NCBI GenBank assembly: GCA_027858965.1 | Contig: JAQIBS010000018.1 | Span: 18,550-82,549 of the forward strand | Reading direction: 5' to 3' | DNA length: 64,000 bases | Origin: Kiritimatiellia bacterium | GTDB lineage: Bacteria; Verrucomicrobiota; Kiritimatiellia; RFP12; UBA1067 | In this document: positions 1 through 10,865 of the stretch, piece after piece | How positions within the stretch are numbered: the stretch's first letter is position 1 | How the letters are laid out: each line of letters begins with the position of its first letter | Position numbers and translations under genes: made by a program | Notes under the pieces: generated by a model | The model's input: the letters and a program-made list of their open reading frames with translations, nothing else | Databases searched by the model: none | What the model was told of the DNA's origin: nothing

Positions 1-1250
1 CTAATGGGGGGCGTATAGGATTAAGCACCGGGAACCTCACACTGAATGGTCCTATTCGTCCACGTGAAGGCGTGACCCCAGCTCTGTTGGTATTTAATCC
101 TAGTAGCGGTACTATAACGATCAACAATACAGTTGATTCTGGTACGCGCAATACACTCTTTCACAGTGGAGGAACAGTTCTTCTTAACACTAACGGGCAT
201 AATTGGGGTGAGGCGCAGATTCAATACAGCAGCAAAGTGATGCTTGGCATTGATGATGCGATGGTTGTTTCCAAACGGGTGATCTTCGGCAATTCATCTG
301 GTGGCAATGGTACGATCAATATTAATGGTTTCAATCAGACCATTGGAGGGGTGTATATGTATGGGACAGCGGCATCCCTGCCGAACAACTTAATCAGGAA
401 TACAGATGCTACCAAGACCGGCACCTTTATAATAAAACATCTGACGGCTGTTGATCAGACCTTCAGTGGACGGATCATTGAAGCCGTTAATTTTGTCAAG
501 GATGGTGTTGCCGATTCTATTCTCACTTTGACTGGCACTAATACATTCACCGGTACTACCGAAGTGGATGGCGGCACGTTGATTCTGGGGAATGAGTGGG
601 CATTACAGAACAGCACCTTCAATGATACGACTTCCGAAGGTACACTGAGTTTCGGTAGCGGTTTTACAGAGTTTACCTTCGGTGGTCTGGCTGGTTCATC
701 TGATCTGGGATTAACCAATGCATCAGGTGTTGCCATTAATCTGATTGTCGGAAACAACAGCAGCGATACTATGTACAACGGTGTTCTCGCGGCTGGTGGC
801 AGCTTGACCAAGATCGGCACTGGCACACTGACATTGTCGGGTGAGAATACCTTCAGCGGCACAACAACAGTTACCAATGGCACTCTGGCTCTGGGTTGCG
901 ATAATGCATTGAGTGCTGGATCGCAGGTTGTTCTTAGTGGCGGTACGCTTGATGCGGGAGCTTTCGCGAACTCACTGGGTGTTCTCAGTGTGACAGGTGA
1001 TTCATCAATTGACCTGAGTGATGGTGCCGGCAGCCTTGCTTTTGCTGATAGCAGCAGTCAGACATGGAGCGGTGCTTTAAACATCGAGGGAAGCTGGCTG
1101 CCCTATACGTTGCGTGTCGGCACAAGTTCATCCGGTTTGACTAAGACACAGCTCAACAGCATTACGGTAGACAGTGAGAGTGTCTGGGTGCAGATTGATA
1201 ATGAGGGTTATCTCTGGAAAATGACCGGAACTCTCATTATCGTCAGGTAA
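1..1250 (+). CDS. 3'-portion of a large secreted surface protein with autotransporter-associated beta-strand (PATR-like) repeats. The reading frame is open back to base 3, so the gene starts upstream of the window. C-terminus is ...GTLIIVR.
   Basis: No stop between 3 and 72 in this frame. Repeated 'GTGTLTLSGENTFSGTTTVTNGTLALG'-type motifs. Ends with the heptapeptide shared by other proteins here. Confidence 0.6.
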   Translation, partial: NGGRIGLSTGNLTLNGPIRPREGVTPALLVFNPSSGTITINNTVDSGTRNTLFHSGGTVLLNTNGHNWGEAQIQYSSKVMLGIDDAMVVSKRVIFGNSSGGNGTININGFNQTIGGVYMYGTAASLPNNLIRNTDATKTGTFIIKHLTAVDQTFSGRIIEAVNFVKDGVADSILTLTGTNTFTGTTEVDGGTLILGNEWALQNSTFNDTTSEGTLSFGSGFTEFTFGGLAGSSDLGLTNASGVAINLIVGNNSSDTMYNGVLAAGGSLTKIGTGTLTLSGENTFSGTTTVTNGTLALGCDNALSAGSQVVLSGGTLDAGAFANSLGVLSVTGDSSIDLSDGAGSLAFADSSSQTWSGALNIEGSWLPYTLRVGTSSSGLTKTQLNSITVDSESVWVQIDNEGYLWKMTGTLIIVR

Positions 1251-1306
1251 AGTTTCACAGGCATCCCATCCGGATGCAGGAGTTCAGGTTTTCAGACAAT
1301 AGATTT

Positions 1307-4015
1307 TTAGTGGACCAGAATCAGGGTTCCGCCGATTATCTCCACGCGCACTTCGCCGGCGGCATTGTCATAAACGACGTGCCAGGGGGTAGTGTCGAAA
1401 TTTGTTGTGTCAAACTCACCTGTGAGAGTTCCCGGTGTGCAGGTTGCGATCACATAAGAGTTATCTGTTTTGAGCTCGGATAGATCCTGAATCTGAAGAG
1501 TTGAACCAGTCAGGTTGAGGGATCCCTGAACTTTGAGTAGATCGCATGTTCCGCTGACAGATGTGTCTGCCAATAAAGTTCCGGTCAGTGTTGTGGAGGT
1601 GGCGAGTGTCAGTGTGCCAATTACGGCGGTCTCTCCGGGCATGACCTTATTGCTGATAGCCAGAATCCCGTTAGTAACCACTCCATCTCCACTCAGTTCT
1701 GCCAGGGTTTGCGTGTTGCCACCCAGATCCAGCACACCATCTGATTTTACTGTGAATGCTGTATCCGTTGGTAGAGTGTCAACAAGGCCGCCGCCTGCCA
1801 GAGAGGTGACAAGCACCCGGTCGATCCATGTGGAGCGGTCAGTGCCTGTCATAACGCCCTCGAAGGTGAGTGTGTGCGAACCGGCGGATAGGTTGGCTAT
1901 TCCTGTATAGATGCTGCCTAAGACCTGGAACTCAGATGAGGCAAAGGTGAAGTTAGTGTTTCCGTCGATTAGGACATTAATAGCTGTGGCACCTGTGGTT
2001 GGTCGTTTGCCTGCCATGAAGGATATTACATACTCGCCATTCTCGGGCAGATTAAGGGTTGTGGTTGCTGTACCTAGCATAGTATTGGCTTGTATGAACG
2101 CAACATAAGATCCGTCTATTACGGCGTTGCTGCTCGCCCATGTGCTTCCGTGCTCAGCTATGCCACAAAAATAGAAATCCCAGAATGAATTTGCCGGGTT
2201 GCTGTCAAAGTATCCATAGGGTGGATGTTCAGTCAGAGGGTCATGCAGTTCAAAAGAGTTGTTGGTGACGACTATAGAGGCACTTAATTTTAATGTCCCT
2301 TCCTGAATCAGAGTATTACCTGAGTAGGTGTTAGTTCCGGTGAGTGTCAATATTCCATCGCCATCTTTTGTCAAGTTTCCAGCACCTGTAATGGAACCGA
2401 CGGTAAGAACTGTGCCAGGTCCATTGGCTGTATCAACTGTGATGGTTGCGTCCTGTTGTAATTCAATATTGTTGATTGTCTGCCAGGTTGTGTTTGTTAC
2501 ACCTCCGAAAGTCAACGACTCAGTTGCAGACGCACCGATAGTGTTGGCTTTGCTCATGATAAACTGTGATGCATCGTTAATATACGTAATATGTGTGTCT
2601 GCCGGAATAGATGGTCCTGATACTGACATTCCAGCAACGAGATCGGTTGTGCTACTACCACGTACGCATTTCGTGTATGTACTTTGACTGTCAACCGTGA
2701 AATCTCTGGTGACAGACGATGCAGTCGCAAGTCCTGTGACGGTGAAGTCACCTCCATTCAGAATGAGTTTGGAATTTCTGTTATAAAAATCGCTGACGAT
2801 ATTCTGTTCATTCCATTGAGAGGTCCGTTTATTAAAGTTAAGATTCAGAGTACCATCTGTAACTGTTGTCATACCGGAATAGGTTCCTCCCGAGAAGATC
2901 ATATTACCTGCTCCTTGTTTGGTCAGGCCTCCGGAGCCGCTCTTGTTAAACGACCCAATTGCTTCAATGTTTTTGTTGTTTGTATCGATAACTGCGCCGC
3001 CATCTTTCACAAAGTATGTGGTAACGTAGTTTTTTGTGGAATTTTCTGTGAGTAATGAATCGCTTTGAGCTTTCAGTAAACCACCGTTGTAATTGACGTT
3101 AAAAGCTCCTGAGCCTGTGGAGGTTGTGATGCGAGTGGTTGCAAGTGTTCCACTGTTGAGGTTGACTACGCCTGTATTGCCGTCCATATGTAAAATTCCA
3201 TTGGCTGTCAGGAGTCCTCCGTTTATATTAAGTGTTGCAGCGGAGTTCCAACCAAGTCTTATTTCACTTGTAGTTGTTACGACGGCTCCTGTGTTGACAT
3301 TAATCATGATATTCTGTTCACCTGAATGGCAGCCGATTCTTGCGGATGTTGTTAATTTGCCGTTGATGTTTAAGGTTACATCATCGCGCAGACGAACTCC
3401 GAAGGTGGCGTATATATTGATTGGAGGATATCCGGTTGTTGTAAATGATGCATTGGAGGGAATCGTGATCGTAGTTCCGGCAATGCCCCAATCGATGCCA
3501 TACCATGCTGTAGCAGAGTCCATGACATCAATCGAGTGAAAGGTGTTTGTTCCTGCAAATACGAATGAGCCGCCACCTGTGACATTAAGATCGCGCGTTG
3601 TATTGTTGCTGTTAATGAAATTAGTAACAGTTACATCGGAAGAGACCCACAGCAGCGGATTGATGATTCCGAAGTTGAGGGTGTTGCCATTGCCGTCGAG
3701 GGTGTAGCTGCCTGATCCCGGGGCATCGAACCTGAGATTGCCGACTGTAATATCGTCGCCAAGAGTGATTGTTCCTGCGGCATCTGATCCGACTCCGAAG
3801 ATGGTCTGGTCGGGCAGGGCGCTGTTGTTCCAGTTGGTGTTAACTTCCGTGCTGTGCCACCAGTTACTGTTGGATGTGTTCCAGGTGCCTGAACCGTCTT
3901 GAGCGTCGCTTGTGCTGATGTCAGCATCCCATGTGTTGGTGGTGGTCGCATAGACCATATTGAAAGAGACCCCGATACACATTGCTACGCATTCAATCAT
4001 CTTTTTACTCAACAT
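1307..4015 (-). CDS. Large secreted PATR-repeat surface protein (about 900 aa). Has an N-terminal signal peptide and a C-terminal beta-sandwich-like domain. C-terminus is ...GGTLILVH.
   Basis: The long minus ORF runs 1307..4099. The likely start is the internal Met (MLSKKMIECVAMCIGV...) at 4015, preceded by AAGGAG (revcomp of 'actcctt' at 4021-4027). Multiple 'G.GTLTLTGTNTYSGNT'-type repeats. Confidence 0.6.
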   Translation of the reverse strand: MLSKKMIECVAMCIGVSFNMVYATTTNTWDADISTSDAQDGSGTWNTSNSNWWHSTEVNTNWNNSALPDQTIFGVGSDAAGTITLGDDITVGNLRFDAPGSGSYTLDGNGNTLNFGIINPLLWVSSDVTVTNFINSNNTTRDLNVTGGGSFVFAGTNTFHSIDVMDSATAWYGIDWGIAGTTITIPSNASFTTTGYPPINIYATFGVRLRDDVTLNINGKLTTSARIGCHSGEQNIMINVNTGAVVTTTSEIRLGWNSAATLNINGGLLTANGILHMDGNTGVVNLNSGTLATTRITTSTGSGAFNVNYNGGLLKAQSDSLLTENSTKNYVTTYFVKDGGAVIDTNNKNIEAIGSFNKSGSGGLTKQGAGNMIFSGGTYSGMTTVTDGTLNLNFNKRTSQWNEQNIVSDFYNRNSKLILNGGDFTVTGLATASSVTRDFTVDSQSTYTKCVRGSSTTDLVAGMSVSGPSIPADTHITYINDASQFIMSKANTIGASATESLTFGGVTNTTWQTINNIELQQDATITVDTANGPGTVLTVGSITGAGNLTKDGDGILTLTGTNTYSGNTLIQEGTLKLSASIVVTNNSFELHDPLTEHPPYGYFDSNPANSFWDFYFCGIAEHGSTWASSNAVIDGSYVAFIQANTMLGTATTTLNLPENGEYVISFMAGKRPTTGATAINVLIDGNTNFTFASSEFQVLGSIYTGIANLSAGSHTLTFEGVMTGTDRSTWIDRVLVTSLAGGGLVDTLPTDTAFTVKSDGVLDLGGNTQTLAELSGDGVVTNGILAISNKVMPGETAVIGTLTLATSTTLTGTLLADTSVSGTCDLLKVQGSLNLTGSTLQIQDLSELKTDNSYVIATCTPGTLTGEFDTTNFDTTPWHVVYDNAAGEVRVEIIGGTLILVH

Positions 4016-4235
4016 ATCATACTCCTTATTACTAGTATCCCATAGCCACAACCGCAAAGGTCTCATAAATAGCCTGGCATAACCTAAATCACAAAACATA
4101 TTTAAATTACATTATGAAATACAATAATATGGTATTAGGGGATGGATAGTCAATATCTGATTTATATTAAGATACACAAGCAATTTCGTTCCGTTGAGGA
4201 TTCCCTGGCAAGTCGAATTAATGCAAAGGAAAGTA

Positions 4236-4285
4236 GTGCAAGCATCCTGCTTGCCTCAATAATTAGCCAAGCAGGATGCTTGGGT
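4236..4285. repeat. Hairpin repeat element, copy 1. Perfect 15-bp stems caagcatcctgcttg / caagcaggatgcttg with a 14-nt loop. It lies between divergent genes.
   Basis: The same element recurs at 20201-20244 and, inverted, at 45945-45988. Confidence 0.7.
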
Positions 4286-4374
4286 TACCTTCAACGCATT
4301 TACCATTTGACACTTTTCCTGATGTATCGGATACTCTTGAGTATCTTTATTAGTTTAATAACTGGGGGATTAAA

Positions 4375-6759
4375 ATGAAAATGAAGCGTATTTACATCGC
4401 TGCAATGGTTGTTGCGGCATTTATAGGAACTCTTTGCAGGGCCGAATCAAAAGTTGGGCCGATATTAGCTGACACTGCTCCTTTAACTGGGCAGAATGTT
4501 GTGCTTGCGTGCAAAGATGGATCATCAGTTCGTATTGATGTCCTGGGTGCGTCACTCTTTCGTGTACGTCACAGCAAAAATGCAGTATGGACAGAATCAG
4601 CATTGAACCGTTATGGCGTTTTTACATCTGAATTTCCGAAAACAGAGTTTAAGCAGATCGTGGCGAAAGATATTTGTACTCTGACCACGAGTCAGGCGGC
4701 GCTCGCTGTGAACATTGCTGATGGAAGCATTATACTCTCGACTGCCGATGGAAAGCAGTTGACCCGTCAAGCCAGACCGAAGTATGAAACCGGTGGCAGC
4801 AGCGAAATACGTTTCTCGCTGACAAAGGATGAACGGCTTTATGGACTGGGAGATGCAAGTCGCGAGAACATTATGCGGCGTGGTGGTAGCTATGAGATGT
4901 GGGTCCTGAATGTCAAATCATATATTCCTGTGCCGATGATGCTGAGCAGTCGCGGATGGGGTATGTTGTTGAATACCACCTGGCGTAATACATTTGATAT
5001 GGGTAAAACTGATCCTGATGCTATGATCTGCAGTGCACCTCGCAGTGATCCCGATTACTATATCTTTTGTGGGCCCGATTATCGCAGTTTGCTTAAAACC
5101 TATACCTCGTTCACCGGACGTCCCGCATTGTTGCCGATCTGGGGTTATGGATTCACCTATGTGTGTAATCAGAACATTGACGCCTACAATCTGGTCTATG
5201 AGGCCCTTGAATTCCGCAAGCAGAAGATGCCCTGTGATGTAATAGGTCTCGAACCTGGCTGGATGTCTAAAAACTATGATTTTACAACGGAGAAGAAGTG
5301 GCATCCGCAACGTTTTCCTTTTCCATATTGGGCACCCAAGGGACCACACACCTTCATAGGTGCACTGAAGAGGAAAGGCTTTAAGCTCAGTCTCTGGCTC
5401 TGCTGTGACTACGACCTTGGTGTATACGAAGAGCAATGCGTTACCGGACAGAACTCAGGAACAAAAACAACTGCCGTGAAATCCCCGAAGGGCACTACCG
5501 AACTCTGGCATGATGACCGTATTGAAAAAGGAAAAACTGACAAAAAGGGAAAAACCGATAAAAAAGAGGAATCCGCTCCGAAAGAGCCGGAGCCATGGTT
5601 TGAACATCTCAAGAAGTTTGTTGATCAGGGAGCAGCCTGTTTCAAGCTTGATGGATCAAAGCAGGTCACTGAACACCCGAACAGGAAATGGGGCAATGGC
5701 ATGAATGATGAGGAGATGCACAATCTCTTTCCGGTCATCTATGCCAAACAGATGTCAAAAGGATTTGAAGATCATACTAAACGCCGATCCATGGTCTATT
5801 CCGCAGGCGGCTATTCGGGCATTCAGCAATATGTCGCCACCTGGGCGGGTGACACAGGCGGAGGAGCAAAGCCTCTGGCCTCAATGCTGAATCTCGGTTT
5901 CTCCGGTCACTCAAACCACTCCTGCGACATGAATGCAAGAGATCCCGAAAGCATTCATTTCGGTTTCCTGCAGACGTGGGCACAGCAGAATAACTGGGAC
6001 TACTGGTATCAGCCCTGGCTTCTTGACGATGAAGACACAGCCGCATTCCGTGAATATGGTCAGCTGCGCTACAAGTTGTTGCCTTACATCTACTCGTCAG
6101 CAGCCGAAGCGGCTCAAACTGGTTATCCGGTCATGCGGGCCATGCCGCTGGTCTGCGCCGATGATCCGGCCTGGGACAGCTGCAAAACCCAATACATGCT
6201 GGGCGATTTTCTGCTGGTCTCGGTATTTACAAAAAGCGTCCGTCTGCCTGCCGGTACCTGGATTGACTTCTGGAGCGGTGTCGAGATAAAGGGGCCTGCC
6301 ACGCTGCCTGTCAAGGTAACTCCCTCGCGAGGGGGGGCACTCATGGTTAAAGCGGGAGCAATTATTCCGACCTGGCCTCCGTGCTCTCATGTCGAAAAGG
6401 GGTGGTCAGAAGAGGTTGGACTGTTGGTGTATCCTGCAAAAAGCAGCCATTTTACCCTGCATGAAGATGATGGAGTCAGCCTTGGTTATCGTTCCGGTAA
6501 ATTTGCACAGACCTCTATAACCTGTGAGAGTATTGATAAAGGTGTTTGTCTGACAATCGGTGCACGCAGGGGAAGTTATAAAGGAATGCCGGCATCGCGT
6601 AATTTTACGGCTCATATTCACATGTCAGCACCTCCACGTTCCATTACTCTGGACGGTAAAACAATAACCGACAGCAAGTGGGATGCTGCCACACATGTGG
6701 AGACAGTTAAAATACCTGATTGTGGAAACAAAGCACGTGTGCTTATGCTCAACAAATAA
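4375..6759 (+). CDS. Glycoside hydrolase family 31 (alpha-glucosidase / alpha-xylosidase-like), secreted.
   Basis: N-terminal signal peptide. 'YSAGGYSGIQQYVATWAGDTGGGAKPLASMLNLGFSGH' matches the GH31 '...WTGDN...ML..GLSG' region. 'KLDG' sits at the nucleophile-region position. Confidence 0.7.
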   Translation: MKMKRIYIAAMVVAAFIGTLCRAESKVGPILADTAPLTGQNVVLACKDGSSVRIDVLGASLFRVRHSKNAVWTESALNRYGVFTSEFPKTEFKQIVAKDICTLTTSQAALAVNIADGSIILSTADGKQLTRQARPKYETGGSSEIRFSLTKDERLYGLGDASRENIMRRGGSYEMWVLNVKSYIPVPMMLSSRGWGMLLNTTWRNTFDMGKTDPDAMICSAPRSDPDYYIFCGPDYRSLLKTYTSFTGRPALLPIWGYGFTYVCNQNIDAYNLVYEALEFRKQKMPCDVIGLEPGWMSKNYDFTTEKKWHPQRFPFPYWAPKGPHTFIGALKRKGFKLSLWLCCDYDLGVYEEQCVTGQNSGTKTTAVKSPKGTTELWHDDRIEKGKTDKKGKTDKKEESAPKEPEPWFEHLKKFVDQGAACFKLDGSKQVTEHPNRKWGNGMNDEEMHNLFPVIYAKQMSKGFEDHTKRRSMVYSAGGYSGIQQYVATWAGDTGGGAKPLASMLNLGFSGHSNHSCDMNARDPESIHFGFLQTWAQQNNWDYWYQPWLLDDEDTAAFREYGQLRYKLLPYIYSSAAEAAQTGYPVMRAMPLVCADDPAWDSCKTQYMLGDFLLVSVFTKSVRLPAGTWIDFWSGVEIKGPATLPVKVTPSRGGALMVKAGAIIPTWPPCSHVEKGWSEEVGLLVYPAKSSHFTLHEDDGVSLGYRSGKFAQTSITCESIDKGVCLTIGARRGSYKGMPASRNFTAHIHMSAPPRSITLDGKTITDSKWDAATHVETVKIPDCGNKARVLMLNK

Positions 6760-6776
6760 CTCTGGTGAATTGATAT

Positions 6777-7244
6777 ATGAATAAAGGAAAGATCATTAAA
6801 GCACTGCGTGCAAAGCTGGAAGAGGAGCTGGTTCGTCTGCGGGATGCTAATAAACGGGCCTCTGCCGGCGCAACCGACAGCGAGGCGCGTGCGGAGACCA
6901 AGTGGGATACGTGCAGTCTGGAAGCCTCCTATCTGGCGCGAGGTCACGCACAGCAATTTTCTCAAATTTCCTCCGATGTTCAGTCGCTGCAAGTTGCTGT
7001 TCTGCCTGATTGCCGCAACCGACCGATAGAAATGGGAGCCCTGGCTGAGGTTGATATAGGTTTTGGACCAAAATTCTTTTTTTTGCTGCACTGCGGTGGA
7101 GGTATGAAATTATCGGTAGAGGGGGATGATGTGACGGTCATCACCCCGGAATCACCGATTGGTGCAGCGTTGATCGGTAAAAAGAGGGGTGATTCTTTTT
7201 CCTTTCGTGAGGGAGCGATAGGTAAAATTCTGAATGTAGAGTAA
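6777..7244 (+). CDS. GreA/GreB-family protein (Rnk-like). N-terminal coiled coil plus a GreA C-terminal FKBP-like domain.
   Basis: The C-terminal 'VITPESPIGAALIGKKRGDSFSF' resembles the GreA 'SPIARALIGK..GD' motif. Size is 155 aa. Confidence 0.55.
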   Translation: MNKGKIIKALRAKLEEELVRLRDANKRASAGATDSEARAETKWDTCSLEASYLARGHAQQFSQISSDVQSLQVAVLPDCRNRPIEMGALAEVDIGFGPKFFFLLHCGGGMKLSVEGDDVTVITPESPIGAALIGKKRGDSFSFREGAIGKILNVE

Positions 7245-7268
7245 ACCTTTTAATATAAGCTGATATCA

Positions 7269-7946
7269 ATGCCAAGTATTATTCTATCTCATCAAGCACC
7301 TGCAATTTTCATCAAAACAGCATGGCCAAAGTGGTTTGATGGCGCGGCTCTCTGTATTGCCGCGACCGCCCCTGACTTTGAATTGGTGCTATATAGGCTT
7401 GCACGGTACTTCATGGATTCCGACAATCCATGGCACTGGGGAATAAGTCACAGCTTGGTGGGGGTGGTGGTTTATGTGATACCTGTGACTCTGGCGGGGA
7501 CCTTTTTGTTTTCAAGGTGGATCGGGCCTTGGTGTGCAAGCTTGGCTGTAGGAAAAGGGAGAGTTGCGTCATGGCTGATTTACTTCGGGGTTGATCAGTG
7601 GAGTTTATTCAAGAAAAAGCAATATACATTGCGTTGGTTTTTTGTGGCGTCCTATTCTGCTGTTGTCGGAGCGGCCACACATTTAATTCTGGATATCTTT
7701 ACTCATAAAGATATTCATCTTCTATTTCCTTTTAGATCCGTTGGTATGCCTGATTTTCTCAAAACAAGAGTTACTGATCTCGGTATGTTTGATATTGGAA
7801 TATTTCAATATGAGCTTTATCTGGATGTGGCCCGGATTTTCTGGCTTATCATAAGTCTGGTAACCGCAGGGGTATCGTTATGGGGATTGCGCTATATTAA
7901 AAAGAACCATCTTATTGAACAATGGTACTCTAACGATATTGTATGA
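7269..7946 (+). CDS. DUF4184-like predicted membrane metal-dependent hydrolase-fold protein.
   Basis: The 'MPSIILSHQAP...APDFELVL...' N-terminus is typical of DUF4184. Several His/Asp residues and hydrophobic segments. Overlaps the next gene by 4 bp (ATGA), so likely co-transcribed. Confidence 0.4.
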   Translation: MPSIILSHQAPAIFIKTAWPKWFDGAALCIAATAPDFELVLYRLARYFMDSDNPWHWGISHSLVGVVVYVIPVTLAGTFLFSRWIGPWCASLAVGKGRVASWLIYFGVDQWSLFKKKQYTLRWFFVASYSAVVGAATHLILDIFTHKDIHLLFPFRSVGMPDFLKTRVTDLGMFDIGIFQYELYLDVARIFWLIISLVTAGVSLWGLRYIKKNHLIEQWYSNDIV

Positions 7947-9151
7947 AATTAATTAAAAATATAGTTCCTTTGTTAATGGTTATTGTAGGCGGCTTCAATG
8001 TTTTTGCAGATGACTATATTTTCTGTACGGATTCATACAATACCTGTGTTATTGATGTGGTTACAGAGGGGGATGATCTGACAATTGAGTCCCTTCCTGA
8101 TGAAATGCAGTTTTATCCTGATTCCGGTACGCTGTTGTGGAATCCTGATATCAAAGCCATTGGTAATCACCATATTTGTTTAACATCGATAAATAATGGG
8201 ATCAAAGAAAAAACAGAAATCAATATAAAAGTAAAGGAACGGAAAAAAGTTCTTTGTGTTTTTGCTCATCAGGATGATGAATTCGGTATTATGGGGAAAA
8301 TCATTCAGCTGAAAGATGCAGGGACGGATGTTTATCTGGCTTGGACCCGTGCTGCCGATAATAATCGCAACAATGAGTCACGTAAGGCCATGCAGCGTAT
8401 TGGTATCTCGGAAGAAAAAATGCGGTTCTGGCATTTCGGGAGTATCACTTCGCCGGATGGCTTTCTTGTTTATGTGGAAAAACTGGGTGCCTTGATTTCA
8501 GAGCAGCAATTTGATCATATTTATGTGGTTGGTTATGAAGGTGGTCATATCGAGCATGATCTGACGCACATCGCAACTGTCATGGCCTGTCGTAAGGTTG
8601 GTTTTACCGGGCAGATATATGAATTTGGCCTCTATCATCTGGATCATCTGATGCCTCAGCTATTCTCTCTCTCTCCGGCACCCGCACCCACGATTCAGAT
8701 CTCTTTGGATGATAAGACGATGGAGTTAATGGAATCACTTGCCGGCCTATATGTCACTCAAAAACAGATGACCCTTGGATTCAAGCTGGCGCTAAATCAA
8801 AAGAAGATAGCTCATCCGTGTTATCGGCCCTTACCCCGCTGGGATTATCGGCGTCCTCCATCCCGTGGTTGGCTCTGGTATGAAGTCAATCTGAAACACC
8901 CTGCATCTTTTGAAAAACATCTGCGGCCTGTCATAAAAGCCTGCCTTAAAACCAGCTTGTTGTTGGGGGAGCAGAGTCTATATGCCCAGGATATGCCCGA
9001 AAGTACAGTTGGCTCGCTTGTGTTATCAGACAAGAAGGCGGGCGAGGTTATATCCATGCGTTTTCCTTACTCTGTTTATGTCTACTCAGGATTGGGCTTG
9101 ATATTTTTTATGGTAGGCTGGCTTTTGTATCAGTTGCTGAGGAAGAATTAA
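7943..9151 (+). CDS. PIG-L/LmbE family N-acetylglucosaminyl deacetylase-like protein. N-terminal signal/anchor and C-terminal TM helix.
   Basis: 'VLCVFAHQDDEFGIMG' matches the PIG-L 'AHPDDE' zinc-binding signature. Confidence 0.6.
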   Translation: MKLIKNIVPLLMVIVGGFNVFADDYIFCTDSYNTCVIDVVTEGDDLTIESLPDEMQFYPDSGTLLWNPDIKAIGNHHICLTSINNGIKEKTEINIKVKERKKVLCVFAHQDDEFGIMGKIIQLKDAGTDVYLAWTRAADNNRNNESRKAMQRIGISEEKMRFWHFGSITSPDGFLVYVEKLGALISEQQFDHIYVVGYEGGHIEHDLTHIATVMACRKVGFTGQIYEFGLYHLDHLMPQLFSLSPAPAPTIQISLDDKTMELMESLAGLYVTQKQMTLGFKLALNQKKIAHPCYRPLPRWDYRRPPSRGWLWYEVNLKHPASFEKHLRPVIKACLKTSLLLGEQSLYAQDMPESTVGSLVLSDKKAGEVISMRFPYSVYVYSGLGLIFFMVGWLLYQLLRKN

Positions 9152-9279
9152 AATCTCTCTTAATCTACTCCCAGAATATCTTGTTACGAGATAATCCTAT
9201 ACCATCACAACCGAGAAATACCTCCAAAGACTCCCAGAATACACGACATCCCGCGATCCGCAACGCCATATCTTACCCA
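9152..9279 (+). repeat. About 128-bp intergenic repeat, copy A. Copy B is at 60100-60228 in the same orientation, roughly 90% identical.
   Basis: Direct comparison of '...atcttgttacgagataatcctataccatcacaaccgagaaatacc...acacgacatcc.g.gatccgcaacgccatatctt.ccca' at both loci. Confidence 0.75.
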
Positions 9280-9430
9280 CACATTCTGCGGAGGATCCTT
9301 AAAATAGAACCTGCCTATTTATCCTTATTTGACTTTCATTTGACTGTCGTCACTCTGTTTAGTATTCTTATACAAGCTGACCCTCAGCGGGAATGTCGGC
9401 GTCGCGACGATCGGACGCACCCCCCGACTG

Positions 9431-10851
9431 CAACTCGTTGGTGAAGGTGACGGCGAGCTGAGTGGAGTGATCAGCGCAGGCATGCTCATTGCTAAGAGCG
9501 GTAACGGAACCTGGGCACTTTCCGGCGCGAATACCTATGTCGGTGCTACCAGCGTGTCAGTCGGCACTTTGCTGATTAACGGTTCGACTACTTTCGAAAG
9601 TACGGTTGCCGTCGGGGCAGCGGGAACTCTCGGTGGTACAGGTACTGTTCACGGTGTTGTCAGCGTGACAGCCGATGGAACGCTTGCACCTGGAGCCGGT
9701 GGTGTCGGCACACTGACGCTGGATAACGGCAGTGCCACTAACCTGACTCTCAATGGCAACACAATTAAGTGTGATCTTTGATGAAACAGGTTCAGCTTCT
9801 CCTGATATCAATATTACCGAGGTGGTTGAACCTTTCTCAGTATTGGTTAACTCTGATACTAACAATTATACAATTGGCGGAGCGGCTATTGCCGGGTCAA
9901 CTGGTCTGACAAAATCCGGTGACAGTGTGTTGACCCTGACAGGTCATAATACGTATGGTGGCTTGACCACTGTTAATGCGGGCACACTGGCACTGACTGG
10001 CGGTTCGCTCAGCAACTCCAGTGTTAATGTTGCAGTGGGTGCGAGCTTTACGGAAGATTCGCGGATGGGGAAATACAATTCTTAACAGCACTGCCAGTAT
10101 CGGTACTTCCTCGATTCAGCGGGATGATAAAGGGACAACCCTGATCAACTCAACCAATAATGTCTGGGGCGGCAGCAATGTGCTGGAGGGAACCCTTAAA
10201 CTCGGTGCTGATAATGTTCTGCCTGTAACAACTACGCTGTTAATAGGTAAGACAGGAAACAAGGCGGATGCGGTATTTGATCTTAATGGTAAGAGTCAGA
10301 GAGTTGCCAGTATATCCGATATACACAACACATCAGTGGGTGGGGGAACTCAAAAAATTCTGAGTTCGACTCCTGCCACACTGATTGTCAGCAATGATAC
10401 AGCTATTACATTCGGTCTGACCGGAAGCTCCATTGAAGGTGAGGTGACCCTTGTTAAGATGGGAGCCGAATCCTTGACTCTGACCTCTACAAACGCGACT
10501 TCGGGCAGCTTTATTGTGAGCAATGGTACGCTGGTTGTCAGCGCGCTAGGCAGTTTTGGCGAGAATAGCACGAACGTTACCGTGGTGGCAGGCACTCTGA
10601 TACTGCAGAGTTCAGTTTCTGTCTCAGACAGCGCTACGCTTACGATTGCTGACGGTGGTGCTAAGGTTAGCTTGGCTGCCGGTGTGAACGAGATTGTTGA
10701 TTATCTGATACTGGGCGACACACCTAAAAGAGCCACCACCTACGGGGTAACCGGCAGTGGTGCTTCTGTGACAGATGATGCTCATTTTGACGGCAGTGGT
10801 ATTCTGACAGTTCTGCGTGATAAATCGGGGACTGTTATTGTTATCAGATAA
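9431..10851 (+). pseudogene. Promoterless, 5'-truncated copy of the downstream PATR gene (11104..14469). Carries frameshifts and two internal deletions. Retains the C-terminus ...GTVIVIR.
   Basis: Three consecutive ORF fragments in different frames (9467-9781, 9753-10085, 10021-10851) each align to successive segments of 11104..14469. DNA identity is about 78% at the 5' segment, rising to about 88% at the 3' end. Deletion junctions coincide with 'tcttt' microhomology. No signal peptide region. Confidence 0.7.
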
Positions 10852-10865
10852 TAGATTGCCTGGAT

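Noticed and set aside
455-883. Antisense ORFs inside the large PATR and GH genes (e.g. 455-883, 1533-1910, 11649-12335, 27802-28953, 33519-34037, 34080-34988)
   Set aside because: They are embedded opposite strongly supported long CDSs and have Pro/Ser/Val-rich compositions typical of reverse-frame artefacts of GC-skewed repeat genes.
4142-4378. 78-aa ORF spanning the 4239-4282 hairpin element
   Set aside because: Its sequence is largely encoded by the palindromic repeat (ASILLASIISQAGCLG). It sits in a divergent intergenic region and has no RBS, so it is a spurious ORF.
9181-9444. 87-aa ORF (and the 60049-60231 ORF) covering the 128-bp repeat
   Set aside because: Both lie within copies of a non-coding repeat. 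Substitutions between the copies show no synonymous bias, and there is no RBS.
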